Made by a program: the position numbers and the translations under genes | Shown here: positions 11,385 to 22,591 of the stretch, one piece after another | Position numbering within the stretch: the first letter of the stretch is position 1 | Layout: each line of letters starts with the position of its first letter | Notes under the pieces: generated by a model | Told to the model about the DNA's origin: nothing | What the model saw: only the letters and a program-made list of their open reading frames with translations | Database searches by the model: none | Source of the DNA: Phoronis australis | Taxonomy: Eukaryota; Animalia; Phoronida | Direction: 5' to 3' | Length of the DNA stretch: 64,000 nt | Assembly: GCA_002633005.1 (NCBI GenBank) | Contig: NMRA01000457.1 | Coordinates: 162,145-226,144 of the forward strand

Positions 11385-11909
11385 TGCTACTGCAAACTAA
11401 ATCCAACGAAATCGAGTTCTCTTAACAACCTAGCTTGTAGTAGAATACCCGTCGATGGGAAGTGGAGACGACAATTTTAGGAAAACAGCGCAAAAACAAA
11501 ATAGAACAGGTCCTCACAGTAACTCGAACGTACTAGAAACGAAATGGCGGGAAATAAATTCTTAACCCCCTAAACGTCACTTCCGGATTAGTGCACTGTG
11601 ATTAACTGAAGCGTATGTCTGGGATAATCAAAGAACCGTATTTTGTCTAAAAATGACACGAAAAATGGTTACCTTCCCCTTAAATTTCTCTCTAAATTCA
11701 GACCGAAGACCAAAAATGGACTTCATGAAGGAATGTTCATCGATTTTCGGAAAGTCTTTAATCACTTTCCAAGACACGGACCCCAGAAAGCGTTAGTCAA
11801 CTTAGAGTTATCAGGAGATCGTGTCAAACCAATGCATCCTAAATACGAATTATGTTGCATTTCATGTCCTCTTAAGAAGTAGCCCTTTGTTGCTATATTT
11901 TCCCTGCAG

Positions 11910-12080
11910 TGAATGGAAACTGGTCACCTTACTCTCCTTGGTCCAAATGCTCGGTCACATGCGGAAGTGGTCGTCGAGAAACTACCCGAGTGTGCAACAT
12001 GCCATCTCCCAGCAATGGCGGACGACTTTGCTTTGGTCCTTCAAAAATGTACAGAAATTGCAGTCGTCCCAAATGTCAAA
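11910..12080 (+). CDS. TSP1 repeat exon 4
   Basis: VNGNWSPYSPWSKCSVTCGSGRRETTRVCNMPSPSNGGRLCFGPSKMYRNCSRPKCQ. Acceptor ttccctgcag|; donor a|gtacag is weak. Confidence 0.88.
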
Positions 12081-12454
12081 GTACAGTGTAACTGTTTGGT
12101 TTCGTAACCACTACTGTAGACTTCAATGTCGTCGTTGTCAGCTTGAAACACCTGCTGCAATGCTAGACTTGCATACATTATGTCATTTTTTCGGTAATTT
12201 GAGGAGGTGTTCCTTGACTATGATTCGTGTATCTCCATGCTCAAAACGTTTGTGAGACACTTGCGTCGAGAAACTGATAACATAGTTGTGCATATTTCAG
12301 CAGTATGAAAATCAAATTTCGATCACGTTTTGATATCAATTATTGCAAAGTAGTCAAAACTGATTGTTAATTAGCGCCCTTACAGTGAATGTATCAAATG
12401 TGCACATGCTAGAGCCGTAAATGCCTACCCGCTACATGAAAATGGACTTTTCAG

Positions 12455-12622
12455 CGGACGGAGAGTGGTCTACTTACACCCCATGGACTGCGTGTGACGT
12501 TACATGTGGAAATTCAACGGAGAAAAGATGGCGTCGATGTGTGAACCCAACCTCATCTGCTGCCGTTATTGGCTGTGTTGGAGAGTCGATTCAGTTTCGT
12601 CCGTGTTATATTCCTTGTAGAG
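12455..12622 (+). CDS. TSP1 repeat exon 5
   Basis: DGEWSTYTPWTACDVTCGNSTEKRWRRCVNPTSSAAVIGCVGESIQFRPCYIPCR. Acceptor ttttcag|, donor g|gtaatt. Confidence 0.9.
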
Positions 12623-14121
12623 GTAATTTCTAAAAATCGATTTATTTGTAATACCGAAAATTTAACGTGAAACACGGGTGTTATTTGATGCGTCTCCAAT
12701 TTCTGTCATCACCTAAAATACATCATCAGTAATTTCGAACCTGCTTGTAAAATCATCTTGGATACCGGGTCCTCTAAGTTGATCAGACTCCAGCCATCAC
12801 TAGAAATGTCACCTGTTGCATCGCTGTAACCATAGCCACGACATTGCTTTCGGCTGATCTCATCAGTGACTGCATCAAATTCCTTTACGTTACCCTGATC
12901 ATAAGGAACTTCACTGGCCCCCACATGCTTCTCTCGCCAAAACCTCTACATCCCATCTCCACAATGACTTGCCGTAGCCAGCATCCTCGAGTCTTTCCTT
13001 TTCGTGGATACACCTCTGCTGAACGAGGTTGTCGAGAGTTGGGAACAACTTTCTTCCCAGATCCGAAACAAGAACTATGTCCTTCAGAGTCTTTCCATAC
13101 CCAACTTGTATTCACCCTCTGCCAATGAGGTCTTAGAGGAAAACAAAACGCAAAAGCCACTAGAATTGCCGTAAGTGTGGCCTATCTTCCCCAGAAATTT
13201 CAGACTCGTAGACTTCCGGACGACTTCATACATTGAAGGTAGATGAAAACTTAATCTGTGCTAGTCACAGGAAATAAGATCCTGAGTACGATCCCTGTGA
13301 TCGTTCACAGACACTAATGGTCACTTGTCACGATGTGATCGATCTTATCTTGAGAGCATGAAAGTGATTGGATGAATATAATGAGGGCACCCGTGGAATA
13401 CTGATGAGATTACCCTTGGTGAAAATATTTTTAAAATCTTGATTTTCGAAAATCTACCTTCAAAGGACAATCTTTAGCTTAATATCAGATGGAGGTGCAT
13501 GTAGCTTACTTGGCGGTCCCTTGATATGTAATACTAGCTTCTAGAGTTTTAGGACGTATGCCACGAGTGGGAGATTTAGAGGGGGGGAAATGCGCCACTT
13601 AACGTTCTCCCAAGTAAATGGGGACACTGAGATCTAAGAACTTAACTTGTGGTGGAAAACGGTTTCGACGAACCCTGCACACTTAATTGTCTCGGCGTCG
13701 TCAATTTCTTGTGGGCTGTTAAAAATGTAAAGTTATCTTTAGTTGAGATTAACCGCCGGCCTGGTTCATTTGTGATATAAACTTTCAGGCAATTGCGGCC
13801 CACAGCTACATATGTACACCAGCAGTATCCCAAAGCGCTTCACAAGTACTTTGCGAGCGATTCTTAACCCAGTGTAATCTATAACGGGCCTAACAGTTAA
13901 TTCTTTGTCAAATATACTGAGCGGTTGTACATTCAGTTGCTCGAAACGCGTCTGCTTGATTATATCTTATACCTGAGAAGCATTTTTTGTTCCGCGTCCT
14001 CACTCGCTGCCTACATCCGTTAACAATTATCACGTTTATGTTCACTTGTCACATTAAATATAAATTCTGCACTGGAGGACCTGGGATATCAAGAAGGAGT
14101 CCTGCGCTGTGCAAAGAACAG

Positions 14122-14388
14122 GGGCTCGTTTCATAAAAAGTGACTTAAATCAGCAATCCTGTCTTACGGTCCTACTGAAAAATTTTTGGATTGAAAGTAT
14201 TAGAGCATTAATTTGCGCATCACTATTTGTCAATACTTCTTATAATTCTATCAACTCTAATTATGTAATTAATTTAAGTAAATTCGTAGAGATTTTTTAC
14301 TTTGCTGAACTGAGATTACATTATTCTATTAAATACTTGTGGGGGACTCAACACGAAACCTTTGACACGGCCTTTGTGAAGCATACCC
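14122..14388. mobile_element. Harbinger/PIF-type MITE
   Basis: TIR gggctcgtttcataaa / tttgtgaagcataccc flanked by a 3-bp CAG duplication. Confidence 0.55.
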
Positions 14389-17188
14389 CAGGCGTTTGTG
14401 ATGGCTGACCGTCATCGTTTTTTACGGTCATGTCGGAAGCGGCGACAAAATTTCAGTGCACAATTAATATCGGGCGCCGAGCGGAAGTACCGCCTAGGTG
14501 CTACGCGTGACAAAATAGGTCACATGACCACATAGGTATAGACGAAAAATCTTTTTGTCACTGTGAAAACTGGCGGAGACCACAGGAATTCGCCATTACA
14601 ACATTGCATAGTTAACAAAAACATTACATATACTTCCAAGTAGGCTGACCGAAATGCGGCGGGAAAAATACATCATCGCTTGTGACTGTGGGCCTGCAGA
14701 AGGTCTCAAAGCAGGGGATCGACCTTTTTGTTGCAGTTTGTCACAAAACTCAAGCATAACTTTTGTAAGGCTGTAGCCATTATAAACCGTAATGAGCGGA
14801 CTGAAAAATGGCGGTGAGATTGTTGAAAATTCTCGCTTCGATTTTTTTTCGAATTTTCAGTCACAGCATGAGAAGTTTATCGTCGCCAGTCGTGAAAGCA
14901 TTTCCATACATTGGTTCCAGTTAAAAGCAACCTAATCAGACATTGTTCGAGTGGATTTTTTGCAAAAAGTTTACCAGCATGTTCAACATTACGAGATAGT
15001 CAACCCCCGTTTTCATCTCTCAAGCCAGTGTTTGCCTGCTCAGTAAATTAACAAAACAGCGTAACAGTCCGTCCAGTCTTCTGCCAGTTAACAACAATAT
15101 AAAAATCAACACGTTTTGATTAGATATTTGTTGTTCTATCTTAAATGTAAGTAGATATTTGTTTTGCAAATGGACCATGCGTCCAGCTCTTTGCCTAACA
15201 TAAACATATGTTGTTGGTATCTCATGACATCTTGACATATACCAGCGACGTCTTTTTGATCGTGTAAGTAGAGAAAGGGTCCCCCAAATTTAGCCAAAGT
15301 TCAGTCAGGAGATCGGTGTTTTGTTTATTTCTAGATACATGTAATTCGCGTAGGCTATCTATAAGATCAAGTACAAAAACCAGAATGGGAAACACATCTT
15401 GAAAAGCGGCCCCTCGTGGCAAGAGCTGTACAATGTTAAAATGTTTAAGACATTGATTATTGACAGGCACCCACTGGATGACTTGCTGTCATTACACATT
15501 TCGAAGTGACGGACTAGTAATCACTGACCAAGGCGGTGAAAGTGACAACTTTAAACAATACAAATGGAATATGGGTTCGCCTCAACTATTTACGGCAAAA
15601 ACCTGGTGCCGATCACATTGCTGAGCTAATTTAGAAACTTTATTATTAACAGTATATGCGTATTACGGAACTTGTATTATTCAGCCTGAAAACGGTCAGA
15701 ATTTTTAACAGTAATTGCTGGCTTTCGCCCGCAACCATGGCTCCGCTTTTCACCCTTTTATTAAGATTTTCTAGTCACGTCATTTTTCTATGGCATGATA
15801 ATTTTTCATGTAGATCGCAGTAACTTCCATTAATATGATTCTTCCTAAGAAACATTCTAGTTCTCTATCTTCATTATACTAGTGGCAAAATGGTTTTGGG
15901 TTTTAATCACGCCTTTTTCTTTGGAATTTGGCTGTCAAAACGGAAGACTCAGCACTTTCCATGGAATTTCGATGCGTCATTTTCGGCAGCAAGACCTCGA
16001 GCTAAAGTGGCTTAGCAAAAACTGCCATGCTTTTGTTGAGTTCATAGAATGCTACTCGTACAAAAGTTTTTAGTTCACAGCTGCAGAATTTATGTATTTC
16101 ATAATGATTGCTTTTCGATTCCTTGAAAAAAAGAACAGGTGACTTATGTGGTAAACAGACTTGCGGGCAATCTGTTCGTGCCCATTAAGCATTTTAAAAA
16201 GCAACATGGTTTCATGGCTGGTCAAAATTGGTATTTTTGAATAAACCTTTTTAAAAAAGGTATATTGAAGAAATGTGGTCATTGGTAAGGAAGACAGGTA
16301 GTTGCCTTAAACACGTGGCACGTGGAATTTTTTTTGCGTTTTACTCGCCTGGTCTTGCTTGAGTGGCTTGCGCCTGTGTAACGCAACACAGATCATGGAC
16401 TATAGTACATAGACCGCCGACTCCGTATGCTTTCAAATGACGAAATCTGTGATCTTTTGCATAAGCCGTGACGTCATTATTCACTAGCGACACCTGGCAA
16501 AATTAGCAAATTTTACTTCCGGCAAGTACGTCGTCAGCTAATCATGGTCGGCTGTTTTGTGGTCGAATGTTTGGCCTTACAGTCGAAATGTAAAGAACTA
16601 AGTTTACAAAGCACTGAAGTTTGAATTTTGCAAATACATGACCAGTAGCATCGCCAAAAGTACTCACGATACCAACAGTTCTACTCCTGGAAGACTTTGA
16701 ACAGCGTTTCAATGTCGAAATTATATTTTTTTCGTTGTACTAGACACTCTAGACAGTGAAATAGATGCGAGAATTTGCCGTCACAATACACCAATCGGAA
16801 ACTGAATTTGGTAATTTAGGAGAGTGAGCCTCCTCTAGGATAGTTCCCAAGAAAATGTAGGAGTTGCGAATCTGTTGTCTATAATCTATGCACAGATCAA
16901 TGATTTTGCCTAGACCCCATCTCAAATTCCTTGATCTGCCACTGCCTGATTTCACACGCGGCATCTGAGCACGTGCTACTAAACCGTTTGTGGAAAGCAG
17001 TGTGGTAGTGCCAAAGAAGTAAACTACTCAAAGTTTAACTATTAATATTTGTAGTATCAGTAACAGCAGCAGTGCCATCATTGTCATTGACATTATTATT
17101 GTTAGTAGCAGTAGTAATACCATTTTTGTCATTACAATTATCATTATCATTACTATTATTGTCATTTTGAGGATATTTTGATTTCAAG

Positions 17189-17422
17189 AAATTGAACGCA
17201 AACTCACCAGTTCGATTGCGGCTCCGTCTTATGTTTCTTTGGTGGCCTCAACCGACAATGAATGCGCCGAGGTATGTCGAAGTTCTCCAATGTGTGTCGC
17301 TGCTGAATGGCGTTCGTCACCGGCGTCTTGCAACATGGTATTCGCTGGCGTAGTATACTCCGTGGTGACTGACAGCTGTTGCACGTCTTTTCAGAAGTTA
17401 GACATCTACGATCCGTTAACAG
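17189..17422 (+). CDS. PAN/apple-like domain exon 1
   Basis: EIERKLTSSIAAPSYVSLVASTDNECAEVCRSSPMCVAAEWRSSPASCNMVFAGVVYSVVTDSCCTSFQKLDIYDPLT. Shows the C-x3-C-x5-C...W...C PAN core; phase 1-1 splice sites. Confidence 0.7.
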
Positions 17423-17746
17423 GTGGCTATAGTTTTTAGTAGCAAATGCAATTCAACACATTTTCTATCACCATACGGTGCTTTTGAACTGATAAAATAC
17501 AAATTAGGCTTTTTGATGCCGTCTACCGTAGTTTTCATCTAATATGAAGATAATGAGATATCTGTTCTTTGTTTCTGGAAGTTCTACCCAATATAAATAT
17601 GAAAGAAATTAATAGCACATAAGGAAAAGCGCGTGCATGAGAGCGTATCACTGGGATAATGGTAATTATACTCGGTAGGTAATATCCTGTTTCGCTAACG
17701 AATTGAAGGCTTTTCTTCTAGTCAAAACACTGGGCTTAAGTACATA

Positions 17747-18196
17747 CCGGGACTTTCCGTAAATCAGCCCATGGGCTTGTATTCGGAAAATTTTCAGGCG
17801 TTTTAGTAAGTAAAACGCCAAACAAACGCCCGGGCGTTCATTAGGAAAGGGGGCGTGTAAACGGTAAGTCGTAGTTTTGGCTACGCAAATACCAGCATGA
17901 ACTGAATGCACGTAGGCCTAGATTGAGATTTTTTTTACTTTTTTACCTATTTTATATATTATGTCAATAAATAAGTCAACACTTTGTTCGTTTTTAGAAG
18001 TAAATGCTCCACAAACTTGAATTTGTGACTAAAAGTTGACGCTGAGTGGACTTTTTAAGAGGAAGTTTCCGAATAAACGTACCACTATCTGGACACTTGA
18101 CACTGGAAGTTCCAATACCCAAATAAACGCCCATGAGCGTTTATTTGACATAATTTTCCGATAAACACACATGGGCTTATTTACGGAAAATACCGA
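17747..18196. mobile_element. Tc1/mariner-pogo-type MITE (TA flanks)
   Basis: TIR ccgggactttccgtaaatcagcccatg versus rc tcggtattttccgtaaataagcccatg; internal aaacgccc..gggcgtt palindromic repeats; TA on both sides. Confidence 0.55.
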
Positions 18197-18420
18197 TAAA
18201 CAAATGATCATCTTCCATTGACAGCACTGATACGCAATAAAATGTAACAACTTCGTCACTGTTGCATTTTATCTTGATAATCCTCTCCTAAGATGTAACA
18301 AATTGGTTCATTTTATACCCCAGTATTACCTTCGAATGGCAAATACAACCGTGTAATAACCCATTTCATTATCTCACTAGTGAGATAAAATTTAGGCGCG
18401 AAACCGAGGCTGATTTCAAA

Positions 18421-18496
18421 CCCGAGACTGGTTTCGAACCCGGGCCTCAAGAGTTTTAGGTCGCCGGGACTTTACCACTACACCACTCAGCGGCTG
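18421..18496 (-). repeat. tRNA-derived (SINE-like) head
   Basis: rc: gagtggtgtagtggtaaagtcc...ggcccgggttcgaaaccagtc. Same A-box as the copy at 407; the acceptor stem is not intact. Confidence 0.5.
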
Positions 18497-19044
18497 ACGT
18501 CATCAAACGTGAAAATAGAATACTTAAATGAGCTCGAGCAACAATCGCATGTTCAGCAAAGTGCATTGTACCGACATTTAAACGCTATGAAAAATAAGAC
18601 GCATAATTTCCATAAAAACGATATCTTAATTCAGTGAAATTTTTCTTTTATGTTCTCTCACTTGTAACTCACCGATTCCAATTTGAATGCGGGTATCGTG
18701 TCGTCGGGATCGTTTGACTTGAACATTATACTCAGTTACCACTTGTAACCTACATGTACTTTAGCAGAAGATATTTTCCCGGTCGCAGCATAGCGTGATA
18801 AAATGTGTAGTTCGCCATAATATTTGCTAAACCTTAATTTATAGATTCACTTTATTTCTATTTTGTTTAAATTTTCAATTGGTTTTGTGTAAAAGCATTA
18901 TTTGACAAAAATAGCTCGGCTTTCCTGAAAAGGTCACGACCTCCCACCCCGGGTCTCTGATATAGAAAGTAGTTACAAAGCCGAAGCGAGTCGAGAAAGG
19001 TAGATCGATTCATTGCAATGTTTCTCGTTCGGTATGTGGTATAA

Positions 19045-19207
19045 ATAGATTATTGCATGTTCTCAGTCGTTATCCCCTTATCTAAAGCCCTCGTGGATTT
19101 TGGAGAATTATCATCCTCGGGGCTAACTCCCCTCGGGCGATAATTCTCCAAAATCCACTCGGGCTCTAGAATACGGGGGATAACAACTTCGCCATGTAAT
19201 AATCTAT
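19045..19207. repeat. 163-bp palindromic (fold-back) element
   Basis: atagattattgcatg...gtggattttggagaattatc-(loop)-gataattctccaaaatccac...catgtaataatctat. Arms are near-perfect reverse complements. Confidence 0.85.
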
Positions 19208-19950
19208 ATTTACGTAATTGTTACAATTTACATCGAATCCAAATGCGAGAAATGTATCATTGTTGCATTTTACAAAAGCAACGTCATATTTCATGAGTTT
19301 GCAAGATTTTTGTCAAACGGAGGAAAACGGGTCACGCACTTTTAGGGCTTCTTTCTCGGATTATCTGAATGAACTTCTGTAATATATGCCTCCTCGCAAT
19401 TATATATTAGATGTAAGTTGGAAGCAAAAAGGTTGCAGTCTGAATTCAGTTCTTCGTGGCAAACTACAAATGATTATAGTTATATCACAAACATTACCGT
19501 GCTTGCCGACAGTTTAAAAATAATCAATTTTTGAAGTTGATGCACGTCTTAACCAGATCCTAAATCTCAACCTCTTCGTTTCCAAAAAGTAGTCCTACTC
19601 TGGATCCAGAGCTGCCAAGAAGTTTCGGACAATATCGTTAAGGCTGATCATAGGAACCCGTTAAAATCATTTTGAAACAGCATTCGCTGTCTATTATTCG
19701 AAGCCTGGTGAAAACTTTGAACTATACTACTGAAATGAGATGAATTTAAAATCTTTGAGCCAGGACCATGATGTATTAGCACTTTCCTAAGCATATATTG
19801 TGTACGTTACACTGTGTCCTAGTAAATTCAATAGTAATGATAACAATAGCAACAACGATAACGATAACAATTATAGTAATAGTAGTAGTAGTAATTGTAA
19901 TGTAATAGTAATAAAAATGATATTGGGTAGCCAAATTTATGCTCTGTCAT

Positions 19951-20233
19951 CCTGGAGGGTGTTTCTATAGAAGAGGTATACGGAAAGAGCCTCCCAAAAG
20001 GGTGTTTTATCACAGCAAAAATACTCTCCAAAATGGTGCCATTTTCGACAAACTACTATCCAAAAGGGTGCTTTCTTCTGAATTCTGAAACAGAATTGTG
20101 CGAAAATGTGAATTATTACACAAAATTACTCTCTAATTGGGTAACATTTTTGTCCGAGCCCACTCTTTAGATTGGTAGGTATCCGAATTTTCGGGCTGCA
20201 CCTCTTGTCCAAAAATACTCGAGTGCCCTCCGG
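19951..20233. mobile_element. CC-terminated MITE (ccYggagggYact-type ends)
   Basis: cctggagggtgtttc ... gagtgccctccgg with internal aaaagggtg repeats. Related to 58992-59383. Confidence 0.45.
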
Positions 20234-20237
20234 TCCA

Positions 20238-21995
20238 GCCGATCGGCTTAGCCATTTGAGGCTTGGTTATAGACCCCATTCACGCGGCGGCCATTAAGAT
20301 CAAAAGCGAGGCTCACTGCGATAAACAAAGCGAAAGTAGACATTGCGTGAGTTAAATAGCCGGTCTTTCGAGTCCAACCTGGATATTAAATTCTAATGAT
20401 GTGTCGACAGTTGACCACAGAGACGTAGAAAATTACATTAGAGAACAAGTTAAGGCGCCAAAGAGTTGTCTGACGAAAGGGTTTAATTTTTTTCGGAAAA
20501 CTAGGTTCGAAACAGGAAAAGTAAATATAACCAAATTGCGGCGATCGTAGTGTTACGGATTAGGTATCATGCTGAATGCAGGGTTACGTTTTTTCTTGTA
20601 AATTGTTGATCACAATACAGGTCATCTGCTCGTATTGTTGACGAGTTGAAGACATATTCGACAGTGGTGTCTGTCATGTGCAATTAGTCACATCTGGTTT
20701 AATTTGTTGATCAAGAATATTAACATCAAGCATAGCCTGATCCTATGCACTCACTGGGACTAACAGTTGATTTGTCATTGGTCTGAAAGAATTGATGTTA
20801 TTAAATATATTTTTATTAAAATAAAAAACCAGGCTCGTAATTGAAAATAAAATTATTTGACCATCAATGCTTTCTAGGTTGTAACAATTCCTACGTCTGT
20901 TTCATGTGTTAGATTTCAAATATCAATCTGGACCAAGTTGAATTTTAAAATTAAAACACCGTGACCTAATTCGTTCGTCCAAAACATAACCTCGTTTTAG
21001 AGTTCAATTTCAGTTAACTGGACAATGCAATCATAGTTTTCATGTTTCTTCAGGAGCCTCTTTCATCCGAGGGGAACGGTGCCAGTGCCTACTGAGAGGC
21101 GATTTTTTCGCCGAGTGAGGGCGGGAACAATCTACCTCCCGATCACCATCAATAGCACCCCCGCCCTGTTGCAAGCTCTCATAGGCTCTGCCTCAATTTA
21201 AAGTAGCCTTTTGTGCTCTTAAAAATTGTCACCTGTGTGGTTACAGGTGATGTGAACTCAATATGTTTGAGAGGGGAATAGGGCTGATATTGGGCCCCAA
21301 ATTTGAGGGATTGAGGGCCCTGTCCTTTTTGGAAAGAAAGTGATGTTTCAACCCGTAGCAGGGGCGGATCCAGGTTTTTCAGTTAGGGGGGGCAGGGCAC
21401 AGGAATAAGCAGCATTTCGGCAGATGCGCGCGCCCAGCCTAAAGTCTGGGGATGCAGGGGTCTTGAATTCTTGGGTTTACGGTCCTGTTGTCTAAAAAAA
21501 CGGTAAACGGGGTTCATTCTGCGCCTATGCGTTGTTTATTCACCCCCCAAGACCCGCCCTGGTTGCGCACGTGTGCTAGTCAGCAATTCGCACCCGAACT
21601 CAAAAATGGGATCTGATNTAAATAATGAGGTTTGGCTGAAGGTCCGCCCACTTTTTATAAATTTAAAAAATTAATAGTAAAATAACGAGAGTATGTACAT
21701 GGCTGTAATTTACGAAAAGAGTTAATTTTGGTGATATCTTTCGATTGGCAAAGCTCAATTTGTGATCTAAGCAGGCGAAAGTAAAGGAAATAGTGACTTT
21801 AAAAGAAAAGTATTGAAAACAAGTACGCCAACAACCTTTATTTCAAACAATAGCCAAAACAGCGGCTTCTGCTTTATGAGTGGCAGCAACAACGCCTGTG
21901 AAAATAATTAAAATCTGCCTTTGTTTTAATGAGGTCAAGACAGCGGTCAATCATAGCGCGCATAGCCAAGCCTCAAATGGCTGAAACCGATCAGC
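20238..21995. mobile_element. ~1.75-kb segment bounded by ~33-bp inverted repeats (composite DNA transposon remnant)
   Basis: gccgatcggcttagccatttgaggcttggttat (20238-20270) versus atagccaagcctcaaatggctgaaaccgatcagc (21962-21995). Contains a nested GC-rich MITE at ~21358-21575. Confidence 0.55.
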
Positions 21996-22100
21996 GCCAT
22001 CTTGACACTTGGTGACGGGGTTGTCCCCGGTCGTGCGAGACACCACTTGTTCGTGATTTTAGTCATTTACTTTGTGATATGACGTTGGTTTCTTTTTAAA

Positions 22101-22254
22101 TGTAATAACGCATTCGACGTAAAATGTAACAAGTACTTAAAGTGTAATTATTTGTTACATTTTAGGAGGGGCTCAGCATCGTAAAATGTAACAATGAAGT
22201 AAAATATAACAGTTGTTAGATTTTATGAAATTGTTACATTTTACGGCGTATCAC
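22101..22254. repeat. Small element built from direct and inverted gtaaaatgtaacaa motifs
   Basis: Three to four copies of taaaatgtaaca and three of its reverse complement ttgttacattt within 150 bp. Confidence 0.6.
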
Positions 22255-22360
22255 TGCATAAAGCATACGCAATATTTCTAGCGTTCACTAAGAGGGAATT
22301 GTGAGCAACGTCTAGTAAGAATTTTTATCTAACGACATCAACTTTCTAGTTTGGTTTCAG

Positions 22361-22591
22361 ACATTAAAGTCGTGGAAAATTCTTCAATTTCTACCGTAAA
22401 CGCATCTACCAAATATCTGTCCTCGGCTTACGCATGCGCATCATTGTGCTCCGTGACGGATGACTGTGCAGCTGCCCAGTGGAAAATCACCGAAAAGGAA
22501 TGCACCATAGCCACGAGTAGTTACAATTTATCGAGCGCCGAGAACTTTGTCAGTTTTGTACGAACTGTCAAAGCTGACCGAGAGAAAACAG
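22361..22591 (+). CDS. PAN/apple-like domain exon 2
   Basis: DIKVVENSSISTVNASTKYLSSAYACASLCSVTDDCAAAQWKITEKECTIATSSYNLSSAENFVSFVRTVKADREKT. Same Cys/Trp spacing as the previous PAN exon; acceptor tttcag|, donor g|gtgaat. Confidence 0.75.

Larger units (their letters stand above)
10201..11679 (+). mobile_element. Non-autonomous Kolobok-type DNA transposon (copy B), internal deletion derivative
   Basis: Imperfect subterminal inverted repeats at about 10271-10418 and 11541-11667. THAP/transposase N-terminus on +, KolX remnant on -. TTAA at 10197-10200 and 11680-11683; exact termini uncertain. Confidence 0.8.

Noticed and set aside
16544-16624. MVGCFVVEC... as a fourth THAP start after a cttccgg/tgacgtca promoter-like segment
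   Set aside because: No downstream W or CxxHF motif, and no TIR or TTAA boundaries identified.
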